DNA of 64,000 bases from Candidatus Ruthturnera sp. Tsphm01. Its GTDB lineage: Bacteria; Pseudomonadota; Gammaproteobacteria; PS1; Pseudothioglobaceae. Numbering within the stretch: position 1 is the stretch's first letter; every line of letters starts with the position of its first letter. The translations under genes and the position numbers were made by a program. The stretch spans positions 3,639 through 67,638 of the forward strand of contig CP125320.1 of NCBI GenBank assembly GCA_030142985.1, given 5' to 3'. The notes below the pieces were generated by a model. The model was not told the origin of the DNA. It made no database searches and saw nothing but the letters and a program-made list of their open reading frames with translations. Of the stretch, positions 32,531 through 43,079 are shown piece by piece.

Positions 32531-33751
32531 ATGAACTCAAAACTTCATCAATCAGCATTAGAATATCACCAAGGTGATCGTCCGGGAAAAATCATTGTTT
32601 CATCACACAAGCCACTAATAACGCGTGAAGATCTTAGTTTAGCATATACACCTGGGGTTGCTGCGCCTGTTCGTGAGATTGCACAAGATGCAAACAAAGT
32701 TTATGACTTTACCATTAAACGTAATTTAGTTGCTGTTATTTCTGATGGTTCAGCAGTCTTGGGTCTTGGCAACGTAGGGCCGTTAGCATCCAAGCCCGTA
32801 ATGGAGGGCAAGGCAGTACTGTTTAAACATTTTGCAGATATTGATGCCTTTGATATTGAGGTTGATACCCAAAATGTTGATGAATTTGTACAAACGGTTA
32901 AAAATATTGCCCCAACATTTGGTGGTATTAATCTTGAAGATATTTCAGCACCCCGTTGTTTTGAAATTGAAAAACGTTTAATTGAAATACTTGATATTCC
33001 TGTTTTTCACGATGATCAGCATGGAACAGCCATTATTATTGCAGCAGGGTTGTTAAATTCGCTTGAAATCCAAGGTAAGTATATTGAAACTGCCAAGTTT
33101 GTTTGTTTGGGTGCTGGCTCGGCAGGTATTGCTACTTTAAACTTGTTGTGTGAATTAGGACTGTCAAAGGATAATATTTTATTGGTTGATAGAGGAGGTA
33201 TTATTTCTCAAGACATGAAAAATGTTAGCCAAATTAAAGCGCAATATAGCGCGAAAACAGATAAAAAAACCTTAACAGATGCCATGCAAGATGCAGATGT
33301 GTTGATTGGGGTTGCTGCTGCTAACTTGGTATCAAAACAGATGATTAAATCAATGGCAGATAATCCTATTGTGTTTGCTTTGTCAAATCCAGATCCTGAA
33401 ATTTCACCTTTTGATGCCAACTCAGTGCGTGATGATTTAATCATGGCAACAGGTCGAAGTGATTATCCAAATCAAGTTAACAATGTACTGGGTTTTCCTT
33501 TTATTTTCAGAGGTGCGTTAGATGCAAAAGCCAGTGAAATTAATTCAAAGATGAAAATAGCAGCGGTTCATGCACTCAAAGACTTAGCAAAACTTGAAGT
33601 GCCAGATAGTGTTCTAAAAGCCTACAGCACAAAGTCCATGGTGTTTGGTAAGGATTATATTATTCCCAAACCTTTTGACCCAAGACTGATAAATGTGGTG
33701 CCAAAAGCGGTGTTTGATGCCGCCGTTTCAAGTGGTGTTTCACGTTTGTAA
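32531..33751 (+). CDS. NAD(P)-dependent malic enzyme, short form without a phosphotransacetylase-like domain (406 aa)
   Basis: Motifs LSLAYTPGVA, GSAVLGLGN.GP, PVMEGKAVLFK, FGGINLEDI, VFHDDQHGTAI and GAGSAG are characteristic of the malic enzyme family. Confidence 0.9.
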   Translation: MNSKLHQSALEYHQGDRPGKIIVSSHKPLITREDLSLAYTPGVAAPVREIAQDANKVYDFTIKRNLVAVISDGSAVLGLGNVGPLASKPVMEGKAVLFKHFADIDAFDIEVDTQNVDEFVQTVKNIAPTFGGINLEDISAPRCFEIEKRLIEILDIPVFHDDQHGTAIIIAAGLLNSLEIQGKYIETAKFVCLGAGSAGIATLNLLCELGLSKDNILLVDRGGIISQDMKNVSQIKAQYSAKTDKKTLTDAMQDADVLIGVAAANLVSKQMIKSMADNPIVFALSNPDPEISPFDANSVRDDLIMATGRSDYPNQVNNVLGFPFIFRGALDAKASEINSKMKIAAVHALKDLAKLEVPDSVLKAYSTKSMVFGKDYIIPKPFDPRLINVVPKAVFDAAVSSGVSRL

Positions 33752-33802
33752 TTAGCAAAAAAAGATAGATTTTTAAAGAATAATAAAACGTTAAATTAAC
33801 CC

Positions 33803-33831
33803 TTGCACTCCAAAGATAGCTATGGGATAAT
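33803..33831 (+). promoter_or_regulatory. Candidate sigma70 promoter for the tRNA-tuf operon
   Basis: TTGCAC (33803-33808), a 17-nt spacer, then GATAAT (33826-33831). An A/T-rich UP-like tract lies upstream, and the tRNA-Tyr 5' end is 16 nt downstream. Confidence 0.4.
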
Positions 33832-33846
33832 ACCTGATTGTTTTTT

Positions 33847-33931
33847 GGAGGGGTTCCCGAGTGGTCAAAGGGAACAGATTGTAAATCTGTCGGCTCTGCC
33901 TTCGAAGGTTCAAATCCTTCCCCCTCCACCA
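33847..33931 (+). tRNA. tRNA-Tyr (GTA), long variable arm, CCA encoded
   Basis: Acceptor GGAGGGG/CCCCTCC, anticodon loop with GTA, T arm GAAGG-TTCAAAT-CCTTC, 3' ACCA. Confidence 0.95.
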
Positions 33932-33948
33932 TAAAGCATAATAGGTTT

Positions 33949-34022
33949 GCGGGTATCGTATATTGGTATTACCTTGGCCTTCCAAGCCAATGAGACGAGT
34001 TCGACTCTCGTTACCCGCTCCA
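33949..34022 (+). tRNA. tRNA-Gly (TCC)
   Basis: Acceptor GCGGGTA/TACCCGC, anticodon stem TTGGC/GCCAA with loop CTTCCAA, 3' TCCA. Confidence 0.95.
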
Positions 34023-34037
34023 AGATGGAAGGGTTGT

Positions 34038-34113
<76 letters not shown>

Positions 34114-34152
34114 AGAATTTAAAATTTAATTTGTTAAACGTAGGAGTATAAA

Positions 34153-35343
34153 ATGTCAAAAGAAAAATTCGAAAGAACCAAACCACACGTTAACGTCGGC
34201 ACAATCGGCCACGTTGACCACGGTAAAACCACACTCACAGCCGCCATCACTAAAGTTATGGCAGAAGCACGTGGTGGCGAATTCAAAGATTATGCAGATA
34301 TTGATAATGCCCCTGAAGAAAGAGAGCGCGGTATCACCATCTCAACAGCCCATGTCGAGTATGAAAGTGAAGCACGTCACTATGCACATGTTGACTGCCC
34401 AGGGCACGCCGACTACGTTAAGAATATGATTACAGGCGCTGCACAAATGGATGGCGCTATTATTGTAATTGCTGCCACAGATGGTCCAATGGCTCAAACT
34501 CGTGAGCATATCTTATTATCTAAACAAGTAGGCGTACCTTACATCGTTGTTTACATGAACAAAGCCGATATGGTTGATGATGAAGAATTGGTTGAATTGG
34601 TTGAAATGGAAATCCGTGAGTTACTAGACGAGTATGGCTTTCCAGGTGATGACACCCCAGTTATTTTCGGTTCAGCACTTAAAGCTTTAGAAGGCGATAC
34701 GTCAGAGATTGGCGTGCCTTCTATTATTAAATTAGTAGAAGCACTAGACACTTATATTCCAACACCAAAGCGTGACACAGATAAGTCATTCTTAATGCCA
34801 ATTGAGGATGTATTTTCAATTTCAGGTCGTGGCACTGTAGTAACAGGCCGTATTGAGGCAGGTATTGTTAACATTGGTGATGAGTTAGAAATCGTTGGTA
34901 TTAAAGATACACAAACCACCACTTGTACTGGTGTTGAAATGTTTAGAAAGTTACTTGATTCAGGCGAAGCAGGGGATAACGTTGGCGTGCTACTTCGTGG
35001 TACCAAGCGTGAAGAAGTTGAACGCGGTCAAGTATTGGCCAAGCCAGGCTCAATCAAGCCACATTCAAAGTTTGAAGCAGAGGTTTATATTTTAAGCAAA
35101 GATGAAGGTGGTCGTCACACCCCATTCTTTAACAACTACCGTCCACAGTTCTATTTTAGAACAACAGACGTTACAGGCGCTTGTCAGTTGCCTGATGGTG
35201 TAGAGATGGTTATGCCAGGTGACAACGTGAAAATGAAAGTAGAGTTATTATCACCAATCGCTATGGAAGATGGTTTGAGATTTGCTATTAGAGAAGGTGG
35301 TCGCACAGTGGGTGCGGGTGTGGTTTCTAAGGTGACGGATTAA
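34153..35343 (+). CDS. tuf: Translation elongation factor Tu
   Basis: [28 protein letters not shown]..., DCPGHADY and NKAD GTPase motifs, 396 aa. Canonical position after tRNA-Tyr/Gly/Thr. Confidence 0.98.
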   Translation: MSKEKFERTKPHVNVGTIGHVDHGKTTLTAAITKVMAEARGGEFKDYADIDNAPEERERGITISTAHVEYESEARHYAHVDCPGHADYVKNMITGAAQMDGAIIVIAATDGPMAQTREHILLSKQVGVPYIVVYMNKADMVDDEELVELVEMEIRELLDEYGFPGDDTPVIFGSALKALEGDTSEIGVPSIIKLVEALDTYIPTPKRDTDKSFLMPIEDVFSISGRGTVVTGRIEAGIVNIGDELEIVGIKDTQTTTCTGVEMFRKLLDSGEAGDNVGVLLRGTKREEVERGQVLAKPGSIKPHSKFEAEVYILSKDEGGRHTPFFNNYRPQFYFRTTDVTGACQLPDGVEMVMPGDNVKMKVELLSPIAMEDGLRFAIREGGRTVGAGVVSKVTD

Positions 35344-35383
35344 TCAAGAAGTTAAAACTTAAACAGATTTAAAAAATAAAGTT

Positions 35384-35408
35384 GGCTTGGACAATAGTCC
35401 AAGCCTTT
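35384..35408 (+). terminator. Perfect 9-bp hairpin between tuf and tRNA-Trp (weak terminator or processing site)
   Basis: GGCTTGGAC-aata-GTCCAAGCC followed by TTT. Confidence 0.4.
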
Positions 35409-35417
35409 AAGGTTTAT

Positions 35418-35493
35418 AGGCAAGTGGCTCAATTGGTAGAGTAATGGTCTCCAAAACCATTGGTTGGGGGTTCGAGTCCCTCCTTGCCTGCCA
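35418..35493 (+). tRNA. tRNA-Trp (CCA)
   Basis: Acceptor AGGCAAG/CTTGCCT, anticodon stem ATGGT/ACCAT with loop CTCCAAA, T loop GGTTCGAGTCC, 3' GCCA. Confidence 0.95.
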
Positions 35494-35509
35494 TGTTAAA
35501 GGATGTAAT

Positions 35510-35881
35510 GTGACTAAAGCAGTAGAAAGACAAGCAAAAGAGTCATCACTAGGAATGATTGTATCAGTCCTAATTGTGATTACATTTTTTGTGTTGTTTT
35601 ATTTAGATCCGTTAGGATTAAACACAACACTATACAAAGTATTGGTTCTATTAACTGGTCTTGTATTGGCAGGCTTTGTGTTTTTTAAGTCACCTCAAGG
35701 CATACGTTTTAGTTCATTTTTAATTGAGACAAAAATTGAATTACGTAAAGTTGTATGGCCCACGCGTGATGAAACTATTAAAACCACAGGTATGATTATG
35801 GTTGCTGTTGTGATTGTGGCTATTTTCTTGTGGATAGTTGATGCATTCTTCTCGTGGATGGTGCAATTGTTAACAAATTAA
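35510..35881 (+). CDS. secE: Preprotein translocase subunit SecE
   Basis: GTG at 35510 after aaagga. The ORF-track start at 35444 lies inside tRNA-Trp and is rejected. The product has three hydrophobic segments and the conserved C-terminal KVVWPTRDET motif. Canonical position before nusG. Confidence 0.85.
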   Translation: MTKAVERQAKESSLGMIVSVLIVITFFVLFYLDPLGLNTTLYKVLVLLTGLVLAGFVFFKSPQGIRFSSFLIETKIELRKVVWPTRDETIKTTGMIMVAVVIVAIFLWIVDAFFSWMVQLLTN

Positions 35882-35891
35882 GAGGGCTAAG

Positions 35892-36425
35892 ATGTCTAAA
35901 AGATGGTATGTGCTTCATGCAAGAAGTGGTTTTGAAGCGAAAGTTAAGATTGCAATTGAAGAGTCTGTTATTAGAGAAGGTCTTGAAGATTTAGTCAGTG
36001 AGGTCTTAGTGCCGACTGAGCAGGTTGTTGAGTTAAAAGATGGGCAGAAAAAAACTGCAGAACGTAAGTTTTTCCCAGGCTATATGCTAGTGAATATGGA
36101 ACTTACTGAACCCAGTTGGTTGCTAGTTAAAAACACCAATAATGTAATTGGTTTTATTGGTGGCTCATCAGGAAAGCCTTCTCCAATTACGCAGCGTGAA
36201 GTTGATAAAATTTTTGCACGTGTTCAAGAAGGCACTGATAAGCCTAAGCCTAAAGTGGCTTACCAGCCAGGCGAAGAGATTTTAGTCATTGATGGACCGT
36301 TTAATGAATTTAACGGCTTGGTTCAAGCAGTTGATTATGAAAAGAATTTACTGAAAGTAGAAGTGCTAATTTTTGGTCGATCTACCTCAGTAGAATTGGA
36401 ATTCTCGCAAGTAGAAAAGACTTAA
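35892..36425 (+). CDS. nusG: Transcription termination/antitermination factor NusG
   Basis: KRWYVLHARSGFE NGN domain and a C-terminal KOW domain (GPFNEFNGLV); 177 aa. Confidence 0.95.
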   Translation: MSKRWYVLHARSGFEAKVKIAIEESVIREGLEDLVSEVLVPTEQVVELKDGQKKTAERKFFPGYMLVNMELTEPSWLLVKNTNNVIGFIGGSSGKPSPITQREVDKIFARVQEGTDKPKPKVAYQPGEEILVIDGPFNEFNGLVQAVDYEKNLLKVEVLIFGRSTSVELEFSQVEKT

Positions 36426-36532
36426 AGACAAACAACTTTTAAAGTTGTGATTTAACAGGGGAGCCTAATCGGCGTTTGTACCCATAACGGGCATAAACAC
36501 CCAAAACGAGGTAAAATCCTCAAGGAAGAAAA

Positions 36533-36961
36533 ATGGCTAAAAAAATTGAATCCTATATTAAACTTCAAGTGGCTGCACAAGAAGCGAATCCATCACCACC
36601 TGTAGGTCCTGCATTGGGTCAGCATGGTGTTAATATTATGGAATTTTGTAAAGCATTTAATGCAAAAACTCAAGATGTTGACAAAGGTATGAAGGTGCCT
36701 GTTGTGATTACTGTTTATAGTGATCGTAGTTTTACCTTTGTAACTAAAACACCACCAGCAGCCTTGTTAATTCTAAAGGTAACTGGTATTAAAAAAGGCA
36801 GTGGTGTTCCCCATTTGGACAAAGTGGGTAATATTACCCGCGCCCAATTAGAAGAAGTGGCTAGTATGAAAATGAAAGATTTGAATGCCAATAACATGGA
36901 TGCAGCAGTGAGTATTATTGCTGGCACGGCTAGGTCAATGGGCATTACGGTGGAGGGTTGA
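36533..36961 (+). CDS. rplK: 50S ribosomal protein L11
   Basis: [44 protein letters not shown]. Confidence 0.97.
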
Positions 36962-36965
36962 GCAA

Positions 36966-37661
36966 GTGGCTAAATTAACAAAAAAACAAAAATACATTTC
37001 AGCTAAGGTTGAGTCTAACAAGCGTTATTCAATCAATGATGCGCTAAATTTATTAAAAGAATGTGCAACAGCAAAATTTGATGAGTCTATTGATGTGAGT
37101 ATCAATTTAGGTATTGACGCTAAGAAATCTGACCAAAATGTTCGTGGTGCAGTTGTGCTTCCAAATGGTACGGGTAAAACGGTTCGTGTTGCTGTATTCA
37201 CTCAAGGTGACAACGTGGCTAAAGCGCAAGATGCTGGTGCAGACGTCGTTGGCATGGAAGATTTAATGAAATCTATGCAAGACGGTGATTTAAACTATGA
37301 TGTGGTTATCGCTTCTCCAGATGCCATGGGTGTTGTGGGTCGTTTAGGTCAAGTATTAGGTCCTCGTGGATTAATGCCTAATCCTAAAGTTGGCACAGTA
37401 ACGCCAGATGTTGCAACTGCTGTTAATAATGCCAAGGCAGGCCAGGTGCGTTATCGCGCTGATAAGGCTGGTATTGTTCATGGTTGTGTTGGTAGAGCGT
37501 CATTTGGTGCAAGCGCACTAGCGCAAAATATTAATGCTTTAATGGAAGCACTTAAAAAAGTAAAACCTAGTTCAGCTAAGGGTATTTATTTTAAAAAATT
37601 AAGTATTTCTTCAACTATGGGACCAGGACTTAGCGTTGACTTAGCAAGCGTAGATATTTAA
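36966..37661 (+). CDS. rplA: 50S ribosomal protein L1
   Basis: GTG at 36966 (VAKLTKKQK...) follows ggtggaggg. The ORF-track ATG at 36918 lies inside rplK. 231 aa. Confidence 0.93.
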   Translation: MAKLTKKQKYISAKVESNKRYSINDALNLLKECATAKFDESIDVSINLGIDAKKSDQNVRGAVVLPNGTGKTVRVAVFTQGDNVAKAQDAGADVVGMEDLMKSMQDGDLNYDVVIASPDAMGVVGRLGQVLGPRGLMPNPKVGTVTPDVATAVNNAKAGQVRYRADKAGIVHGCVGRASFGASALAQNINALMEALKKVKPSSAKGIYFKKLSISSTMGPGLSVDLASVDI

Positions 37662-37673
37662 ACTTTATTAGAA

Positions 37674-37704
37674 GAGACCTTTACATAGTTATGCAAAGGT
37701 TTTT
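37674..37704. repeat. Palindrome resembling abutted terminal inverted repeats of the MITE-like element at 51430-51590; may double as a terminator after rplA
   Basis: GAGACCTTTACATA-gt-TATGCAAAGGT followed by TTTT. Compare the MITE ends GAGACCTTTGCATAAATA and TATTTATGCAAAGGTCTC. Confidence 0.5.
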
Positions 37705-37891
37705 AAAAGAATTCTTTGGGTCGTAAGATTTATCTTGCATGACCTCAAAGACCATAGGTGCAAGCATATCTTCTGGTGTGTTTGTTTAATTGATTGATTT
37801 TTTAATCTGCCTATGTAGAGGGTATGCAAATACTCTGTGGCGAAAGTTATCAAAAGATGGCTTTCTTTTTTAAATTGTTCAGGAGAGGTAA

Positions 37892-38422
37892 ATGGCTCTA
37901 AATCTGATAGCAAAAAAGGCAGTTGTCGAACAAGTAAATTCACTAGCAAAAGTGTCAGTTTCTGTTGGCGTTGCTGAGTATCGCGGATTGACAGTTGAGC
38001 AAATGACTAATTTACGTTCAAGTGCGATTGATGCTGATGTGACTTTACGTGTTGTAAAGAACTCACTGGCAAAAATAGCATTGGTAGAGACAGAATGCGA
38101 ATGTGTATTGCCGGTTCTTAGTGGGCCCGTTATTTTGGGTTTTTCACAACAAGATCCAGGTGCAGTAGCACGAGTATTCAAAAACTTTATTAAAGAGAAC
38201 GAGGATTTAATTGTTAAAGGTTTGGGTGTTTCAGGTGAATTTGTAGAATCAAATCAGCTTCAACGCATTGCAGACTTACCAACTAAAGATCAAGCAATTG
38301 GTATCACAATGGCGCTAATGTTAGCACCAGTTGAGAAACTAGTTAGAACCTTAATTGAGGTGCCAACTAAAGTGACTCGAGTAGTGGCAACAGTTCGCGA
38401 TCAAAAAAATAATCATAAATAA
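37892..38422 (+). CDS. rplJ: 50S ribosomal protein L10
   Basis: [19 protein letters not shown]...[15 protein letters not shown]; 176 aa; RBS aggagagg. Confidence 0.95.
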   Translation: MALNLIAKKAVVEQVNSLAKVSVSVGVAEYRGLTVEQMTNLRSSAIDADVTLRVVKNSLAKIALVETECECVLPVLSGPVILGFSQQDPGAVARVFKNFIKENEDLIVKGLGVSGEFVESNQLQRIADLPTKDQAIGITMALMLAPVEKLVRTLIEVPTKVTRVVATVRDQKNNHK

Positions 38423-38436
38423 AAGGAGTAAATATC

Positions 38437-38817
38437 ATGGCTAAATTAACCAATGAAGATATTTTAAATTCAATTGCCGATATGTCGGTAATGAATGTTG
38501 TTGAATTAGTATCAAAAATGGAAGAAAAGTTTGGTGTAAGTGCATCTGTAGTTGCAGCAGCACCAGTTGCAGCGGAAACAGACGCAGGTGACGCAGTAGT
38601 TGAGAAAGATGAGTTTGACGTTATGTTAACTTCATTTGGCGAGAAGAAGGTTGCTGTTATTAAGGCAGTTCGTAGTATTACTGGACTAGGTCTTAAGGAG
38701 GCTAAAGATATGGTTGAGTCTGCGCCAACAGCAATCAAAGAAGGTGCATCAAAAGCAGAATCTGAAGATGTTCAAAAACAGCTTGAAGAAGCTGGTGCTA
38801 GCGTAGAACTAAAATAA
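38437..38817 (+). CDS. rplL: 50S ribosomal protein L7/L12
   Basis: An N-terminal dimerisation helix, an Ala-rich hinge and C-terminal [24 protein letters not shown]. Confidence 0.97.
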   Translation: MAKLTNEDILNSIADMSVMNVVELVSKMEEKFGVSASVVAAAPVAAETDAGDAVVEKDEFDVMLTSFGEKKVAVIKAVRSITGLGLKEAKDMVESAPTAIKEGASKAESEDVQKQLEEAGASVELK

Positions 38818-38839
38818 TTAGTTAAACGCAGAAACGCAG

Positions 38840-38870
38840 AATCTCCGATAAGGGGATTTTGGTGTTTTAT
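38840..38870 (+). terminator. Candidate rplL-rpoB attenuator hairpin
   Basis: AATCTCC-gataa-GGGGATT (7 bp, one G-U pair) followed by a T-rich tract, at the position of the known partial terminator upstream of rpoB in enteric bacteria. Confidence 0.35.
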
Positions 38871-38983
38871 TTGTGCACTGAATTAAAACACAGACCCAGT
38901 AGGTATTTTTTAAAATATAGATTGGAGTTTGTTGATTAAGAAGAAATTCTTATATAACACGACCAACTTAATACGAGGTATTC

Positions 38984-41900
38984 ATGGCTTATTCATTCAC
39001 CGAAAAAAAGCGAATTAGAAATAACTTTGGCTCTAGAGAATCAATCTTGACCGAACTAGATTTACTAGCAATCCAGATTGACTCATTTAATAGTTTTATC
39101 CAAGCTGGCAGCAAAACCAAACAAGATATTGGTTTGCATGCTGTTTTTCAATCGGTGTTTCCGATTACTGCAGTTAATGGCTATGCGCAAATTGAATATG
39201 TTGATTATGAATTACAAGAGACTAAATTTAATGTTGAAGAATGTAAGTTACGTGGCGTAACGTTTGCATCTACATTGCGGGTTAAATTAAATCTAGTTTT
39301 GTTTGATAAAAACGGCTCAACTTTGAAGAAAAAACGCAAAATTAAGCAAATTATTGAAGAAGATGTTTATTTAGGACAATTGCCACTAATGACCGAAACA
39401 GGCACCTTTGTTATTAATGGTACTGAGCGTGTTGTTGTGTCTCAACTACACAGATCTCCTGGTGTTATTTTTGAACATGATAAGGGTAATACGCACTCTT
39501 CAGGTAAGATTTTATTCTCTTCACGTATTATTCCTTACCGTGGTTCATGGTTGGATTTTGAATATGATCATCACGAACATTTGTATGTTCGAATTGACAG
39601 GCGTAGAAAATTGCCAGTCACTACATTATTGCGTGCTATGGGTCTAAGTAGTGAAGACATTCTTAAAACCTTCTTTGAAAAGACAGTTGTTAAATTAAAA
39701 GTCAAATCATGCGACTTAAGTATGACACCAATTCGCCTGCAACGCACTATTGCGGAGTTTGACATTGTTGCCAATCAAGATGTGGTGGTTGAAAAAGGTC
39801 GTAGAATAACAGTTAAGCATGTCAAGTTATTAGAAAAAGCAGGTATTAAATCAATTAATGCGCCATTGGAGTATTTACTTGATAAGGTAATTTCTGTTGA
39901 TATTATTGATAAAGACACGGGTGAAATTTTAATATCGGCTAATACCGTTATTTCTGAAGAGGTGTTGGAATTATTAAATACCAATAAAGTTAAAAAAATA
40001 GAAATCCTCTATATTAACGCTTCTGAGACAAGTGCTTATATTTCAAATACATTGCGTCTGGATGAAACTCAAACTGAGATTGAAGCTCGTATGTCCATCT
40101 ATCATGTGATGCGCCCAGGTGAACCTGCTACTGAAGATGCGGTTAATTTATTATTTAACAATTTATTTTTCAAAAATGACCGCTATGATTTATCAAAAGT
40201 CGGTCGTATGAAGCTTAATCGTCGTTTGGGCATTGACTCTGAAACAGGTGAACATGTATTAACCAATGATGATATTATTAGTGTTATTAAGTTACTCATT
40301 AATATTAAAGACGGTAATGATTCTGTTGATGATGTTGATACGCTAGCTAACAGACGCGTAAGAGCAATTGGTGAGATGATTGAAAATCAGTTTAGAATTG
40401 GTCTTATTAGGGTTGAAAAAGCAGTCAGAGAAGGTTTGAATTTAGCTGAAACAGACGAATTAACCCCGCAAGATTTAATTAATTCTAAGCCTGTGTCTGC
40501 AGCAGTTAGAGAATTTTTTGGCTCTTCTCAGTTGTCTCAATTCATGGATCAAGTAAACCCTTTATCAGGCGTGACCCATAAGCGCCGTATTTCTGCTCTA
40601 GGTCCTGGCGGACTAACTCGTGAGCGTGCGGGCTTTGAAGTGCGTGATGTGCACCCTTCGCACTATGGTCGTTTATGTCCAATTGAAACCCCAGAAGGTC
40701 CTAATATTGGCTTGATTAATACACTAGCGGTTTATGCTAAAACAAACAGTTATGGATTTTTAGAAACACCTTATCAAGTAGTTAAAAATAGCAAGGTGAC
40801 TAAAGAGGTGATTTATGTTTCAGCCATTGATGAAATCACGCATACAATTGCACAAGCAAATGCAATAGTGAATGATAAAGGCAAGTTAATGGATAATTTT
40901 ATTTCTTGTCGCCATAAGAACGAGTTTGTTTTGGTAAATTCATCAGAAGTTACGTTAATCGATATTGATTCTAAGCAAATTGCATCTGTAGCGGCGTCAC
41001 TCATTCCTTTCTTAGAGCATGATGATGCGAACCGTGCACTGATGGGCTCAAACATGCAACGTCAAGCTGTTCCTGTGTTAAAAGCTGAAAAACCATTAGT
41101 TGGCACGGGTATTGAGCGCGTTGTAGCAATAGACTCTCGTGTTTGCGTGACTGCTAAACATGGTGGCGTGGTTGAGGCAGTAGATGCATCACGTATTGTT
41201 ATTCGCGTAGATTCCAAGCAAACCAAAATAAGTGAGTTGGGTGTTGATATTTACAATTTGACTAAGTATTCACGCTCCAATCAGAATACGTGTATTAACC
41301 AAAAACCATTAGTTAAAACAGGTGATAAAATTGCTATTGGTGATGTTTTGGCAGATGGTCCATCAACCGATATGGGTGAGTTAGCACTGGGTCAGAATAT
41401 GAAGATTGCCTTTATGTCTTGGAACGGCTATAACTTTGAAGATTCAATTTTAATTTCAGAGAAGGTTATACAAGAAGACCGCTATACAACCATTCATATT
41501 GAAGAGTTAACCGCCTATTCACGTGATACTAAATTAGGTTCTGAAGAAATTACCGCTGACATTCCAAATGTTAGCGAATCAGCGTTAGCTAAGTTAGATG
41601 AAGTGGGTGTTGTTTATGTAGGTGCTCGTGTTAAAGGTGGCGATATCTTGGTAGGCAAGGTAACCCCTAAGAGCGAAACAGTGCTTTCTCCTGAGGAGAA
41701 ATTACTTAGAGCTATTTTTGGCGAAAAAGCCAACAATGTTAAAGACACATCATTACGTGTTGGCGCCTCTAAATCTGGTGTTGTTATCGATGTTCAAATA
41801 TTTACACGCGACCGTGTGGAAAAGGATGTTAGAGCATCAAGTATTGATGCAGAACGTTTAGAGAGAATTAAAAAAGACATTGATGATGAATTTGGCATTA

Positions 41901-43066
41901 TTGATGGTGATATCTTTCGTCGCGTGCGTTTAAAACTTTCTGGCAATGTACTAAGTAGAGCTGCTGGTGATATTAAAGCAGGCGAGAAGTTAAACGCTAA
42001 ACTGATGAAAAAACTTGACAACAAAGACATAGCCAAGCTTAAAGTTGAAGATGCTACTGTTAATAAAGAAGTGGCAGTATTGGTTAAACAAGCCAAAGTC
42101 AAACAAGTTGAGTTTGAGAAATTTTTTGAAGAAGAAAAAGCTAAAATTAACGAAGGCGCAGAATTGCCACCAGGTGTTATGAAGATGGTTAAAGTTTACG
42201 TAGCAACCCGTAAAACACTCCAAGTGGGTGATAAAATGGCTGGACGTCATGGTAACAAAGGTGTGATTTCACGCGTATCTCCAGTTGAAGATATGCCTTA
42301 TCTTGCAGATGGCTCTACCATAGATGTTGTGCTTAATCCATTAGGTGTGCCATCACGTATGAATGTAGGTCAAGTATTAGAAGTTCATTTAGGTTATGCC
42401 GCCAAAGGTTTGGGATATAAAATTGCCGCCATGTTAGATGAAAAACGTACTGAGATGGTTAAAGAAATTAGAGATTTCTTAGACAAGGTTTATAACTCCT
42501 ATGGTAAGCAAGAAGATTTAGCATCATTTAGTGATGAAGAAATTATTGAGCTGGCAAACAATCTTCGCGAAGGTGTGCCAATGGCAACACCAGTATTTGA
42601 TGGTATTAAAGAAGAAGATATTAAATCATTACTTAAGTTGGCCGACTTGCCAGAATCTGGACAAGAACAATTGTACGATGGTCGTACAGGCGAGCCATTT
42701 GATCGCCATGTAACCGTTGGCTATATGCACATGTTAAAACTAAACCATTTGGTTGACGATAAGATGCATGCACGTTCCACTGGTCCTTATTCACTAGTGA
42801 CACAACAACCACTTAGTGGTAAAGCTCAGTTTGGTGGTCAAAGATTTGGCGAGATGGAGGTGTGGGCATTAGAGGCTTATGGCGCAGCACACACATTACG
42901 TGAAATGTTAACAGTGAAGTCTGATGATGTTGCAGGACGAGCAAAAATGTATAAGAGTATTGTTGATGGTAAGAATTTAACAGAATCGGTTATGCCAGAA
43001 TCATTTAATGTTTTGGTGAAAGAGATTCGTTCGTTAAGTATTGATGTTGAGTTAGAACAACACTAA
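38984..43066 (+). CDS. rpoB: DNA-directed RNA polymerase beta subunit
   Basis: [16 protein letters not shown]...; 1360 aa; conserved blocks throughout ([17 protein letters not shown] near the C-terminus). Confidence 0.98.
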   Translation: MAYSFTEKKRIRNNFGSRESILTELDLLAIQIDSFNSFIQAGSKTKQDIGLHAVFQSVFPITAVNGYAQIEYVDYELQETKFNVEECKLRGVTFASTLRVKLNLVLFDKNGSTLKKKRKIKQIIEEDVYLGQLPLMTETGTFVINGTERVVVSQLHRSPGVIFEHDKGNTHSSGKILFSSRIIPYRGSWLDFEYDHHEHLYVRIDRRRKLPVTTLLRAMGLSSEDILKTFFEKTVVKLKVKSCDLSMTPIRLQRTIAEFDIVANQDVVVEKGRRITVKHVKLLEKAGIKSINAPLEYLLDKVISVDIIDKDTGEILISANTVISEEVLELLNTNKVKKIEILYINASETSAYISNTLRLDETQTEIEARMSIYHVMRPGEPATEDAVNLLFNNLFFKNDRYDLSKVGRMKLNRRLGIDSETGEHVLTNDDIISVIKLLINIKDGNDSVDDVDTLANRRVRAIGEMIENQFRIGLIRVEKAVREGLNLAETDELTPQDLINSKPVSAAVREFFGSSQLSQFMDQVNPLSGVTHKRRISALGPGGLTRERAGFEVRDVHPSHYGRLCPIETPEGPNIGLINTLAVYAKTNSYGFLETPYQVVKNSKVTKEVIYVSAIDEITHTIAQANAIVNDKGKLMDNFISCRHKNEFVLVNSSEVTLIDIDSKQIASVAASLIPFLEHDDANRALMGSNMQRQAVPVLKAEKPLVGTGIERVVAIDSRVCVTAKHGGVVEAVDASRIVIRVDSKQTKISELGVDIYNLTKYSRSNQNTCINQKPLVKTGDKIAIGDVLADGPSTDMGELALGQNMKIAFMSWNGYNFEDSILISEKVIQEDRYTTIHIEELTAYSRDTKLGSEEITADIPNVSESALAKLDEVGVVYVGARVKGGDILVGKVTPKSETVLSPEEKLLRAIFGEKANNVKDTSLRVGASKSGVVIDVQIFTRDRVEKDVRASSIDAERLERIKKDIDDEFGIIDGDIFRRVRLKLSGNVLSRAAGDIKAGEKLNAKLMKKLDNKDIAKLKVEDATVNKEVAVLVKQAKVKQVEFEKFFEEEKAKINEGAELPPGVMKMVKVYVATRKTLQVGDKMAGRHGNKGVISRVSPVEDMPYLADGSTIDVVLNPLGVPSRMNVGQVLEVHLGYAAKGLGYKIAAMLDEKRTEMVKEIRDFLDKVYNSYGKQEDLASFSDEEIIELANNLREGVPMATPVFDGIKEEDIKSLLKLADLPESGQEQLYDGRTGEPFDRHVTVGYMHMLKLNHLVDDKMHARSTGPYSLVTQQPLSGKAQFGGQRFGEMEVWALEAYGAAHTLREMLTVKSDDVAGRAKMYKSIVDGKNLTESVMPESFNVLVKEIRSLSIDVELEQH

Positions 43067-43079
43067 TTAGGAGAATCCA

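Noticed and set aside
36431-36448. 7-bp hairpin ACAACTT-tta-AAGTTGT just after nusG
   Set aside because: It is short, AT-rich and not followed by a T-run. It could be chance or part of the rplK leader, so the support is too thin to annotate it as a terminator.
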